From Myxococcota bacterium (lineage in GTDB: Bacteria; Myxococcota_A; SURF-8), in the NCBI GenBank assembly GCA_965140415.1, contig OZ223209.1, forward strand, positions 5,760,001 to 5,824,000: DNA of 64,000 nt, in the 5' to 3' direction. The notes below the pieces were generated by a model, which saw only the letters and a list, made by a program, of their open reading frames with translations, made no database searches and was not told the origin of the DNA. This document shows positions 38,658 to 48,328 of the stretch, one piece after another (within the stretch, counting starts at the first letter, position 1; each line of letters starts with the position of its first letter). The translations under genes and the position numbers were made by a program.

Positions 38658-40478
38658 ATGCGGATACTTGGTATTTCCGCCTTCTATCACGACAGCGCCG
38701 CCTGCCTGTTGCAGGATGGCAAGATTCTAGCTGCCGCGCAGGAAGAGCGATTCTCGCGAAAGAAACACGATTTCCGTTTTCCCGAGCAGGCCATCGACTA
38801 CTGCCTGAAAGAAGCGGGGATTTCGGTTGCCGAGTTGGACCTGGTGACCTTTTACGACAAGCCCTTCATGAAACTGGATCGCCTGCTGGAAAGCTATTTG
38901 ACCTATGCGCCAATCGGTTTCGGCTCCTTTTTGAAAGCGATTCCGGTCTGGATGAAGCAGAAAATATTCCTGCGTAAAATCATCCACCAGTATCTGCCCG
39001 GTTTCGAAGGAAAACTGCTCTTCGCCTCGCATCACGAGTCTCATGCGGCAAGTGCCTTTTATCCTTCACCTTTTCAGCGTGCAGCCATTTTAACCGCCGA
39101 CGGCGTCGGCGAATGGGCCACCACCAGTTTCGGTGTCGGCAAAGACAATCACGTCGAACTGATTTCGGAAATGCACTTTCCGCATTCGCTCGGATTGCTC
39201 TACAGCGCATTCACCTACTACACCGGTTTCCGTGTAAATTCGGGGGAGTACAAGCTGATGGGCCTGGCTCCCTACGGCAGACCCATCTACGAAAAGCAGA
39301 TTCTGGACGAACTGATCGACCTGAAAGAAGACGGCTCGTTCCGAATGAACATGAAATATTTCAATTACGCCACCGGCCTGACGATGACCAACGGCGCTTT
39401 CGACAAGCTCTTCGGCGGGCCGCCGCGAAAACCGGAAACGCCGGTGCGCCAGAAAGACATGGATTTAGCTCGCTCCATCCAGGTGGTGACGGAAGAAATC
39501 ATGCTGCGCATCGCGCGGCATATCCACAAAGTTACCGGCGAAAAATATCTCTGCCTGGCAGGTGGCGTGGCGTTGAATTGCGTGGCCAATGGCCGTTTAT
39601 TGCGGGAAGGCCCCTTTGAGGATATCTGGATTCAGCCCGCTGCCGGCGACGCGGGTGGAGCGCTGGGAGCCGCCACGGTGGCCTGGTATCGTTATCTCGA
39701 TAATCCGAGAACTATCAATGGTTCCAATCGCTTGCAGCAGGCAAGCTATCTCGGTCCGGCCTTTGGCGACGACGAAATCCAGGCGTTTTTAGACGAGCAG
39801 GGCGCGGTCTACACCAAACTGACACCGGAAGAGGTTCCCGTCCGAACGGCGGAACTGATCGCCGATCAGAAAGTGGTGGGCTGGTTTCAGGGACGCATGG
39901 AATTCGGTCCGCGCGCCTTAGGCGCTCGCAGCATCATCGGCGATGCGCGCAGCCCCAAGATGCAGTCGATCATGAATCTGAAAATCAAATTCCGCGAGTC
40001 ATTCCGGCCATTTGCACCATCCGTGCTGGCGGATCATATTAGCGACTGGTTCGAGATCGACCGCGAATCGCCCTACATGCTGATTGTCGCGCAGGTTAAA
40101 AAAGAACGCTGCCGCGATATGGATAACGAAGAGAAAAAGCTCTTTGGAATCGATATGTTAAATGTGGTGCGCTCCGAAATTCCGGCGGTGACGCATGTCG
40201 ATCACTCGGCGCGGATTCAGTCCGTCAATCGCGAGGATAACGCCCCGTATTACGACATGATCAACGCATTTTATAAGCGCACCGGCTGCCCGGTCATCAT
40301 TAATACCTCGTTCAACGTACGCGGCGAGCCGATTGTCTGCCGTCCGCAGGAAGCTTTCGTCTGCTTTATGCGGACCCAGATGGACTATCTGATGGTCGGG
40401 AATTTCCTGCTGGCCAAAACGGAACAGAAAAAAGTGGAACTGGATGAATCCTGGATGCAGGAATTCGAACTGGATTAG
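38658..40478 (+). CDS. Carbamoyltransferase, NodU/CmcH (SxtI-like) family
   Basis: ILGISAFYHDSAA, HHESHAASAF, SGEYKLMGLAPYG, EFGPRALG.RS, RESFRPFAP, NTSFNVRGEPIV. Confidence 0.96.
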   Translation: MRILGISAFYHDSAACLLQDGKILAAAQEERFSRKKHDFRFPEQAIDYCLKEAGISVAELDLVTFYDKPFMKLDRLLESYLTYAPIGFGSFLKAIPVWMKQKIFLRKIIHQYLPGFEGKLLFASHHESHAASAFYPSPFQRAAILTADGVGEWATTSFGVGKDNHVELISEMHFPHSLGLLYSAFTYYTGFRVNSGEYKLMGLAPYGRPIYEKQILDELIDLKEDGSFRMNMKYFNYATGLTMTNGAFDKLFGGPPRKPETPVRQKDMDLARSIQVVTEEIMLRIARHIHKVTGEKYLCLAGGVALNCVANGRLLREGPFEDIWIQPAAGDAGGALGAATVAWYRYLDNPRTINGSNRLQQASYLGPAFGDDEIQAFLDEQGAVYTKLTPEEVPVRTAELIADQKVVGWFQGRMEFGPRALGARSIIGDARSPKMQSIMNLKIKFRESFRPFAPSVLADHISDWFEIDRESPYMLIVAQVKKERCRDMDNEEKKLFGIDMLNVVRSEIPAVTHVDHSARIQSVNREDNAPYYDMINAFYKRTGCPVIINTSFNVRGEPIVCRPQEAFVCFMRTQMDYLMVGNFLLAKTEQKKVELDESWMQEFELD

Positions 40479-40486
40479 GAAAAAAC

Positions 40487-40888
40487 ATGCAACTGCCTGA
40501 ACGTACCACACAAAAGCTGCGTAAGTTTTCACTGGGCATCGTCTTGATCTGCACCGGCCTGGGGGCTCTGCTATTCTTCAAAGAGCATCCCGTTGCGGCG
40601 GGCGTGTTTGCCTCCTTGACGTTGTGGGGCATATTGGGCTTATTGATTCCCACGATCATTACGCCGCTGTACCTTTTTATGTCGGTGCTGGGTCTTATCT
40701 TGGGTTGGTTCAACACACGAATCATCCTGGGTCTGGTTTTCTTCCTTGTTTTCACGCCGTTAGGATTGTTTTTCCGCCTGATTCGACGCGATCCCTTGAA
40801 TCGTCGCCCCGATTCCAAGCGTGAAACATACTGGGAAAAAGTCGATTCCAGCGCCTTTGAAACCGAGCGTTACGAGCAGCAATACTAG
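40487..40888 (+). CDS. SxtJ-like membrane protein
   Basis: LRKF, LGWFNTRIILGLVFFLVFTP.G...R...RDPL...YW; directly after the carbamoyltransferase. Confidence 0.8.
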   Translation: MQLPERTTQKLRKFSLGIVLICTGLGALLFFKEHPVAAGVFASLTLWGILGLLIPTIITPLYLFMSVLGLILGWFNTRIILGLVFFLVFTPLGLFFRLIRRDPLNRRPDSKRETYWEKVDSSAFETERYEQQY

Positions 40889-41097
40889 AGGAATACTCGG
40901 AATTCCCTAGCCTGAAACATACAAAAAACCGGCCCATCGGCACAAATCCTTTGAAACCGAACGCGGTAGCTGCTAAGATGCCCCAAAACAGCATGATGAC
41001 AGGGGAACCTGTCCCACAAGACATTGCCGTCTAACGTAGTGATGGCGTAGTTGGTTGATTTCATTCATTCGATTGTGCTTGTGAAGGAGAAGAGTTC

Positions 41098-43146
41098 ATG
41101 GAACTGACGATGGGCACGCTAAGCATGTGGCTGTTTCTTGCAGTCTTGCTGATCGGCTTGGGGATTTTTTTGTATGTTTTCTATTATCGTTTGCAGATCC
41201 TGACGTTGGGATCTGCGGATAATCGCTTCGATCAGCTCGGCAATCGCGTATATGCCATGATCAAATACGCGTTTCTGCAATACAAGATGCCGCAGGAACT
41301 GAGCGCGGGTCTGCTGCATATCTTCATTTTTGCAGGCTTTATGACCCTGTCCATTCGCACGCTCATCATTTTCGGGCAAGGTTTCGGCGGCTCGGGCTTT
41401 TCGCTGAACGCCATTCCTGCAATCGGTTACTACATCGGACCGATTTACGCCCTGTTAAAAGAGCTGGTGGTCATCGGCGTGCTGATCGGCTGCGTAGGCT
41501 TTGCCTGGCGACGGTTGATCTCCAAACCGACTCGCATGCAGGATATTCCGCAGGCCGAGCCGGTTCTGATTCTTTGCTGGATCGCCGGTCTGATGATCGC
41601 CGACATGCTTTTGGAAGCGGGCCTGCACGCCGTCGGTCATCACGAGGCGGGCTTCTTTACCGCGCCGTCATTGGGTTGGCTGTTCAGCGGGTTGATGAAT
41701 GAATCCTCCGGCGCGACCATGTGGGAGGCGATGGTTTGGGTTCACAGCGTTATGATTCTGATTTTCCTGAACTATCTTCCCTTCGGCAAGCACTTCCACA
41801 TCATCACCGCCATTCCCAACGTTTTCTTGTCCAACATGAATCCGCGCGGACGGCTCAAGCCCATCGAAAACCTGGAAGAGCTGTTCGAAAAGATGGAAGA
41901 GGAAGACGTCAGCATCGGTTATCAGAACGTCGAGGATTATTCCTGGAAGGAAATTCTGGATCTGTATACCTGCACCGAATGTGGCCGCTGCATGCCGCAA
42001 TGCCCGGCCTGGAGCACGGAAAAGCCGCTGTCGTTAAAGCGCGTCAACAAAGAAAGCAAGCATCACCTCTACGAACGTGCCCCCTTCCTGCTCAATAAAA
42101 AAGCCGGTCCCGACGGCAAGGTCAAAGAATACGATGGTCCCGTCACTTGCGGCGGCGAAATCTCCGTCGACACGATCTGGGCCTGTACGCTTTGCGGCGA
42201 CTGCGAAGAGCGCTGCCCGGTGCTGATCGAGCAGGTGCCGCGTATCGTGAATCTGCGCCGCTATCTGGTGATGATGGAAGGCAACATGCCGCAGGAATTG
42301 AACAACACCTTCCGTGGCTGGGAACGCAACAGCAACCCCTGGGGTCTGGGCTACGACAAGCGCGGCGAATGGCTGACCGAGGATCTGGGCGTCAAGACGC
42401 TGGCGGAAGATCCGGACGTGGAATATCTTTTCTACGTCGGTTGCATGGGCTCTTTCGACGACCGCTCCACGCGCGTGACCAAAGCCGTTTGCAAGATCTT
42501 GCAGCAAGCGGGCGTGAGCTTTGGCGTATTGGGTATGGAAGAGCAATGCTGCGGCGAAACGGCGCGGCGGCTGGGTAACGAATTCTTGGGTCAGATGATG
42601 ATCCAGGCCAACGTCGAAGTGCTCAAGGGTTACAACGTCAAGAAGGTGATCGCCTTCTGTCCACACTGCTTCAATACGCTGAAAAACGAATACAGCGACT
42701 TCGACATGCAGTTCGAGGAAGTCTGGCACGCGGCGGACTTCGTACACAAACTGCTGGCCGACGGCAAAATCAGCATCAAGTCCGAGAGCCTGGGCGAGGT
42801 GGCCTTCCACGATCCCTGCTTCCTGGGCCGCTACAACCAGATTTTCGAGCAGCCGCGCAACCTGCTTAAGGCTGCAGGCGCAACGGTTGTCGATCCTGAA
42901 CTGAGCAAGAGCACTTCCTACTGCTGCGGCGCGGGTGGCGGTCGTATGTGGATGGAAGAAGAGAAACCGCGCGTCAACGACGAACGCTTCAAGCAGATCT
43001 GGACGGACTGCAAAGAGCCTGCGACCATCGGCGTCAGTTGTCCTTACTGCCTGACCATGATTCTAGACGGTAGCAAGAACGCCGATAAAGAGGACGATGT
43101 TAAGGTGCGCGACGTACTGGAGATCGTGGCCGACAACCTGGCCTGA
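41098..43146 (+). CDS. Membrane Fe-S oxidoreductase, FadF/HdrF-like (TM domain, 2x4Fe-4S, two CCG domains)
   Basis: CTECGRC...CP, CTLCGDC...CP, QCCGE, HDPCFLGRYN, YCCGAGGG, CPYC. Confidence 0.9.
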   Translation: MELTMGTLSMWLFLAVLLIGLGIFLYVFYYRLQILTLGSADNRFDQLGNRVYAMIKYAFLQYKMPQELSAGLLHIFIFAGFMTLSIRTLIIFGQGFGGSGFSLNAIPAIGYYIGPIYALLKELVVIGVLIGCVGFAWRRLISKPTRMQDIPQAEPVLILCWIAGLMIADMLLEAGLHAVGHHEAGFFTAPSLGWLFSGLMNESSGATMWEAMVWVHSVMILIFLNYLPFGKHFHIITAIPNVFLSNMNPRGRLKPIENLEELFEKMEEEDVSIGYQNVEDYSWKEILDLYTCTECGRCMPQCPAWSTEKPLSLKRVNKESKHHLYERAPFLLNKKAGPDGKVKEYDGPVTCGGEISVDTIWACTLCGDCEERCPVLIEQVPRIVNLRRYLVMMEGNMPQELNNTFRGWERNSNPWGLGYDKRGEWLTEDLGVKTLAEDPDVEYLFYVGCMGSFDDRSTRVTKAVCKILQQAGVSFGVLGMEEQCCGETARRLGNEFLGQMMIQANVEVLKGYNVKKVIAFCPHCFNTLKNEYSDFDMQFEEVWHAADFVHKLLADGKISIKSESLGEVAFHDPCFLGRYNQIFEQPRNLLKAAGATVVDPELSKSTSYCCGAGGGRMWMEEEKPRVNDERFKQIWTDCKEPATIGVSCPYCLTMILDGSKNADKEDDVKVRDVLEIVADNLA

Positions 43147-43173
43147 TGCAGTAACACGTTTTTGGTTTTATAG

Positions 43174-43199
43174 AAGGGCGCGGCAACGCGCCCTTTTTT
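43174..43199 (+). terminator. Intrinsic terminator
   Basis: AAGGGCGCG-GCAA-CGCGCCCTT followed by a T-run. Confidence 0.9.
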
Positions 43200-43283
43200 C
43201 GTGGGGGAGAAATGAAATTGATTGTATTAATCGGAGCAATATATCAAAATGGCTTGAATTGTTAGCCGAGGGAAAAAAGGAAT

Positions 43284-44534
43284 ATGGAGATCTATTTAAC
43301 CAATGTTGCAGAGCGTTGGAAAAACGAGTTAGACAATGCTGATTGCAGCGTTTCGATATTTACTCCTTACCTATCCTCGCCAACAGCAAAAGAGATTGTA
43401 GAACATATATCACATCCCGAGAAATGTAATATCTATACTCTTTTCGAATCCTATAATTTCGCGGTTGGAAGTTCAGATATAAATACTCTCAGTACTTTAC
43501 AAGACATGGGTTTTAATCTTTTTCACCTGCCTAAACTTCACGCAAAAATAATTCTAATTCATGGAAAGTTTGTTTCCATTGGAAGTCAAAATGTGACCAA
43601 CGCAGGTCAAGAAAGAAGAGAAGCTACAATTTGTACTTCTAGTAATCAGGCTATCAAACAGGTTGAAAACGATGTTCAAAATTGGTTGATAGATCGAGTT
43701 GAGATTACAGCATCAATGATTCAAACCATGAAAGAGTATTTACCAGATTTGCTGAGTTTGGTTAACGAACTAAAAAGCTCTAGTGTTAGTATTGATAAAA
43801 TAGTTGAAATGAAAAAAACTATTGCGATCCTAAAATTTAATAAGCGTAAAAAGAAACTTGCTCGTTCACTGATGGAAACAAGAAAACTTCATCTGCGTTT
43901 ATCAGGAACAGTTTATAAAAGAATCAATGATTCTTATTATCTTAAGCCCAATGACAAAGGATTTGTTTCAACGATTAGTGAGGAATTTAGTAGGGAAAAA
44001 AACTATAATATTAAATTACCAAATTTGGAAAGATACCCAATAATAAATAAAAACACAGGACAATTGTCATGGTGTCGCGTATCCGAAACAAGTATATCGA
44101 GATTTTTTACAGGTTGGTTTCTAGAAGAGGAAATAGAAAACAAGAAAATTCGTTTTTCTGTCGATGTGACAAATAGCTACTTAATTAATAGACAAAATTT
44201 CACGATCAATCTCAAAGATTCTAACTCTGATGAAAAACAATCAGAAGAACTTGATTTTGGGGGATGGATTACTCCCAACTCCCTTGATCTTGACCTTGAC
44301 CCGGATTTAATCCCCAAAAATGCATTATCTGAATGGGTACTACAAAACAAAGAAGCAATTACTGAGACTATTAAGCATTTAATACTGAGTAGCTTTAAGC
44401 CCTCCAAGCCACTAGAAAGCAGCGAAGCATTAGCAAACGATTTCTTCGGGCCGGAAAAGTCAAAGCATATTATTGAAATTTACTTGTTTGATGATAAGTA
44501 CCCTATTTTAGTATCATCCCCAGAAAATTATTAA
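43284..44534 (+). CDS. Phospholipase D-like (HKD nuclease) domain protein, AT-rich
   Basis: IFTPYLS, LHAKIILI...SIGSQNVT, E; composition much more AT-rich than the flanks. Confidence 0.8.
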   Translation: MEIYLTNVAERWKNELDNADCSVSIFTPYLSSPTAKEIVEHISHPEKCNIYTLFESYNFAVGSSDINTLSTLQDMGFNLFHLPKLHAKIILIHGKFVSIGSQNVTNAGQERREATICTSSNQAIKQVENDVQNWLIDRVEITASMIQTMKEYLPDLLSLVNELKSSSVSIDKIVEMKKTIAILKFNKRKKKLARSLMETRKLHLRLSGTVYKRINDSYYLKPNDKGFVSTISEEFSREKNYNIKLPNLERYPIINKNTGQLSWCRVSETSISRFFTGWFLEEEIENKKIRFSVDVTNSYLINRQNFTINLKDSNSDEKQSEELDFGGWITPNSLDLDLDPDLIPKNALSEWVLQNKEAITETIKHLILSSFKPSKPLESSEALANDFFGPEKSKHIIEIYLFDDKYPILVSSPENY

Positions 44535-44609
44535 TATCCAATTGACAACCTCCACCCCGATGGTCTCAAATAGAGAAACTTGGAGCACAACGAAATACAG
44601 GGGAGTACG

Positions 44610-45131
44610 ATGAAAGCTTTTCACATTCTCTTCGCTATCGGCAAGGACCGCCCCGGCATCGTGGGCGAGGTTTCCAGCTTCTTGACGGATCGCGGCGCGA
44701 ATATCGAAGACAGCCGCATGGCGGCGATGGGCGGACGGTTTACCTTGAACCTGCTCTTCTCCATCGATGCCAATCAAGCCACCCGTATCACGGCAGAATT
44801 GACGACCCTGCACGCTGCGGGCTTGGAATGCTCATTGCATTCCGCAGAAGATCCCAGCGCCCTGAAACGCGGGTCGAGCCTGCCGCTGAAACTCAGCATT
44901 CAAACCATGGATCATGTCGGAGTGGTGAAAAAAGTGGTGCGCGTGCTGCACGCGGCGCAGGCAAATATCGAATACCTGGACACCCAAATCACGCACGCGC
45001 CCTTTAGCGGTGAAGCCATTTTCAACCTTTCGCTGACCGCTTCCATTCCGGCGGAGCAGTCGATTCCGACCGTAAAAAAGAACCTGCTGCAACTGGCCGA
45101 CGAGGAAAACCTGGATCTTAACTTCGCCTAG
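44610..45131 (+). CDS. Double ACT-domain protein (GcvR-like)
   Basis: GKDRPGIV, ANIEDSRMA, DHVGVV..V...ANI, APFSG..IF. Confidence 0.88.
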   Translation: MKAFHILFAIGKDRPGIVGEVSSFLTDRGANIEDSRMAAMGGRFTLNLLFSIDANQATRITAELTTLHAAGLECSLHSAEDPSALKRGSSLPLKLSIQTMDHVGVVKKVVRVLHAAQANIEYLDTQITHAPFSGEAIFNLSLTASIPAEQSIPTVKKNLLQLADEENLDLNFA

Positions 45132-45166
45132 CGTGTACACTGCATCCCCAACAGGAGGTGTGTAGT

Positions 45167-46102
45167 ATGCAGGCGTTTCGAAATCGGCTGGCCAAACGGG
45201 AAAAGCATCTTGGGAAATGGGCGCGACGCGAGCGCGTGGAGGCGTATCGCGTGTACGACCGCGACATCCCCGAATTCCCCTACCAGGTGGATCGCTACCG
45301 CGACAACGCCGTGCTGGCCCTGGTGGGCAAATTCGGCGGCATTGATGAAGAAGAGGAACAGTCGCGACTACAGCAGGCGCAGGTCATCGTGGCGGAAGTG
45401 CTGAACGTCGAAGCCAAACGGGTGTTCGTCAAGCAGCGGCAACGACAAAAGGGCAGCAGTCAATACGAACGCCTGCAACAGCGCGGCGTGGAAATCGACA
45501 TCAACGAAGCGGGCCTGCGCTATATCGTCAACCTGAGCGACTATCTGGACACCGGCCTGTACCTGGACCACCGCCCCACGCGGACACTGGTGCGCAGCCT
45601 GTCACAAGGCAAGCGCGTATTGAATCTCTTTGCCTATACCGGTTCCTTTTCCGTGGCGGCTGCGGCTGGCGGAGCCGCCCAGATCGTGACGGTGGATCTT
45701 TCCAATACGTACTTGAAGTGGGCGGGACGCAACTGGGAGAAGAACCCGCAACCGAAGTGCGAGCATCATCTGCTGCGCGAAGACGTGCAACAGTTTCTGG
45801 TGCAGGAACTGGAGCGTCCCCGGCGCTACGATTTGATCGTGCTCGATCCACCCTCTTTTTCCAACAGCAAAAAGATGTCCGGCACCATGGACATCCAGCG
45901 CGATCATGCAGGTTTGATCTCCAAGGTCATGCGTCTATTGGATAAAGACGGCGCGTTGTTGTTCAGCACGAATCGGCGTGGCTTCAAGCTGGATGAAGAG
46001 CGGTTGTCGGCCTTTGCCGTAGAAGATATTACCCGACAGACGACCCCACCCGATTTCGAACGTGTCCCGGCGCACCGCGCTTATTGGTTGAGAAAGAAAT
46101 AG
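45167..46102 (+). CDS. 23S rRNA methyltransferase, stand-alone RlmK-like
   Basis: YRVYDRDIPE, RQRQKG..QY, DYLDTGLYLDHR, LNLFAYTG, DPPSFSNSK; RBS AGGAGG. Confidence 0.88.
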   Translation: MQAFRNRLAKREKHLGKWARRERVEAYRVYDRDIPEFPYQVDRYRDNAVLALVGKFGGIDEEEEQSRLQQAQVIVAEVLNVEAKRVFVKQRQRQKGSSQYERLQQRGVEIDINEAGLRYIVNLSDYLDTGLYLDHRPTRTLVRSLSQGKRVLNLFAYTGSFSVAAAAGGAAQIVTVDLSNTYLKWAGRNWEKNPQPKCEHHLLREDVQQFLVQELERPRRYDLIVLDPPSFSNSKKMSGTMDIQRDHAGLISKVMRLLDKDGALLFSTNRRGFKLDEERLSAFAVEDITRQTTPPDFERVPAHRAYWLRKK

Positions 46103-46107
46103 CAGGC

Positions 46108-46177
46108 GTCGGATGAGCATCTGTCGTGCCCATCTTCATCATATCGGAGTGATGGGCAAAGCAATTGCCCATCCTAC
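46108..46177. repeat. GTAG-type REP doublet
   Basis: Minus strand GTAGGATGGGCAATTGCTTTGCCCATC facing a degenerate copy GTCGGATGAGCA...TGCCCATC. Confidence 0.7.
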
Positions 46178-46298
46178 TATGAATTACTATACACGTGCAT
46201 AGTATTGGTAGCTATTAATCAGGTACAATGTACCCGACATTTCCGATTGGTGTCGGGTCAGGAGACCCGACCAAAACCTGTGGAGCATGACGGGAGCC

Positions 46299-47604
46299 CA
46301 CAGCTGTCCCGCTAACTTCCAGGTTCAGCGCTACAACTACTTATTATTACAGATTGAATTTGTGATTATCAGGTGTCCGCGATAGTTTTTCTGCATTTCG
46401 AATAGTCAAGAAATGCAGGAGATCAAAATGACACAGACTGTCTTTTCGCAAGTGCTCGACTATTTGCCGGATCGCCATTTCCGCCGTTGTGTCAATCGCT
46501 ATCAGGGGAACAAGCGCATTCGTACCTTTTCCTGTATGGATCAATTCATTTGCATGGCATTTGCCCAGCTGGCCTACCGCGAAAGCCTGCGCGATATTGA
46601 AGCGACCTTGCGGGCTATTCAGCTGAAACTTTATCACATGGGTCTGCGTGGAAAAGTCTCTCGCAACACACTGGCCAGAGCGAATGAAAAACGCGACTGG
46701 CGCATTTACGCAGATCTCGCTCAGCCCCTGATACGGCGCGCCCGCGCGCTGTATGCGGACGAGAAGCTCGCCGTCGACCTAGACGCCACCACCTACGCGC
46801 TCGACACGACAGCGATTGATTTGAGTTTGTCGCTTTTTCCATGGGCCAAATTCACGCGATACAATGGATCATTGCGTCTTCACACGCAAATGGACCTTCG
46901 CGGACGGATTCCCGCCTTTATTTCCATTACGGACGGCAAGAGCCATGACAAGCGTTTACTGGATATTCTGCCTTTGGAAGCGGGCGCATTTTATATCATG
47001 GATCGCGGTTATGTCGATTACGGACGCATGCATCGCATCCATCGGGCGGGAGCCTTCTTCATTCTTAGAGCCAGCAAGAACACCAGCACAAAGCGAATCT
47101 ATTCACACCCCATCGACAAGAGCTTGGGATTGCGCGCCGATCAGACCGTGAGCTTCGTGGACCGTGCTTCCATTCGACGCTATCCGGATCATGTGCGGCG
47201 AATCAACTACATCGATCCAGAATCGAACACCCGATTTGTCTGGCTGACCAACAACTTTGATCTTTCTTCGGAAACGATTCCGGACTTGTACCGGCTGCGG
47301 TGGAGTATCGAAGTGTTTTTCAAATGGATCAAACAGAATCTGCGAATCAAGGCGTTTTACGGTCGCAGCGCCAATGCGGTAAAGACACAAGTGTGGATTT
47401 CGATTACGGTTTATCTGTTGGTTGCGATTCTGAAAAAGGATCTGAATCTCGAGCACAGTTTGATGACGATTCTACAGATTTTAAGCGTCACGCTTTTCGA
47501 GGAAAGCCCCATTTTACAGGTGCTAAAGGCAAACGCCTCCCTGCCTACCAATATCCCTTTTGGTAAGCAGTTGGAATTATTCAATAGTTAACGGGACAGC
47601 TGTG
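46299..47604 (+). mobile_element. IS4-family insertion sequence, complete
   Basis: TIRs CACAGCTGTCCCGCTAACT / AGTTAACGGGACAGCTGTG (1 mismatch); 10-bp target duplication GACGGGAGCC at 46289-46298 and 47605-47614. Confidence 0.95.
46428..47591 (+). CDS. IS4-family DDE transposase
   Basis: DQF.CMAFAQL.YRESLRDIE, DTT, DRGYVD, Y..RW.IE.FFKWIKQ; stop lies inside the right TIR. Confidence 0.95.
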   Translation: MTQTVFSQVLDYLPDRHFRRCVNRYQGNKRIRTFSCMDQFICMAFAQLAYRESLRDIEATLRAIQLKLYHMGLRGKVSRNTLARANEKRDWRIYADLAQPLIRRARALYADEKLAVDLDATTYALDTTAIDLSLSLFPWAKFTRYNGSLRLHTQMDLRGRIPAFISITDGKSHDKRLLDILPLEAGAFYIMDRGYVDYGRMHRIHRAGAFFILRASKNTSTKRIYSHPIDKSLGLRADQTVSFVDRASIRRYPDHVRRINYIDPESNTRFVWLTNNFDLSSETIPDLYRLRWSIEVFFKWIKQNLRIKAFYGRSANAVKTQVWISITVYLLVAILKKDLNLEHSLMTILQILSVTLFEESPILQVLKANASLPTNIPFGKQLELFNS

Positions 47605-47638
47605 GACGGGAGCCCTGCTCCAACGCAGAGGTATACTA

Positions 47639-48142
47639 CTACCCCGACTTCCACATGCGATGCAACAATGGAAAGACGGCGGGAGTTTTAAGGCGGTACT
47701 GCTTGTATTCATCACCGAACATGCGGAGTAGCTCCGCTTCTTCTTTGCGCACGAGCAGAATCAAGGTGACATACATGGCCGCCACAACAGCGAAAATCGG
47801 CCACGATTGCAACAGCAATCCAAGTCCGGGTGCAAGAAACACAACCCATGCGCCATAAACCGGGTGACGGCAGGCGGCATACGGTCCCTTTGTGAATAAC
47901 TCACCTTTGGGAAACCGTGTGTTCAACACATAAAGCGCCGCGATAAAAAACGGAAAGCCGATGAGTATCAGCGACACTCCAAGTCCGTATTGCCACGACG
48001 ACGGAATGAGGGTGATACTCAGCGCTTCAGGATATCGCACACGCAAGCCGATGCCGATCGCGGTGTATAGCAGCGATAAGACAACGAAGATGGGACCGAC
48101 CCCAAATATGCTTAGCCTGCGCTTCGCGTTCTCCTTCACCAT
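47639..48142 (-). CDS. Isoprenylcysteine carboxylmethyltransferase (PEMT-like) family membrane protein
   Basis: L.T.GPY..CRHPVY, EE..L...FG.EY..Y...TP. Confidence 0.88.
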   Translation of the reverse strand: MVKENAKRRLSIFGVGPIFVVLSLLYTAIGIGLRVRYPEALSITLIPSSWQYGLGVSLILIGFPFFIAALYVLNTRFPKGELFTKGPYAACRHPVYGAWVVFLAPGLGLLLQSWPIFAVVAAMYVTLILLVRKEEAELLRMFGDEYKQYRLKTPAVFPLLHRMWKSG

Positions 48143-48266
48143 CCGGTTTGCCCTTTCATCGATCAGGATTTCTATAATGAGTCGTTTTAAGATACCTCAT
48201 TGCCATGGGATTTGAAAGCAGCCACAGACAATATCCGGCGGACGCACTCGTCAAAACCCCATACAC

Positions 48267-48299
48267 AAAAACGAACCGGGCGCCACGATTGGCGCCCGG
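48267..48299 (-). terminator. Probable terminator of hdr-met operon
   Basis: CCGGGCGCCA/TGGCGCCCGG hairpin followed by TTCGTTTTT on the minus strand. Confidence 0.7.
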
Positions 48300-48328
48300 C
48301 AATTGATGTACACTAATTTTGATGAAGA

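Noticed and set aside
38658-40888. Saxitoxin biosynthesis
   Set aside because: SxtI/J-like genes are widespread and no other sxt genes are present.
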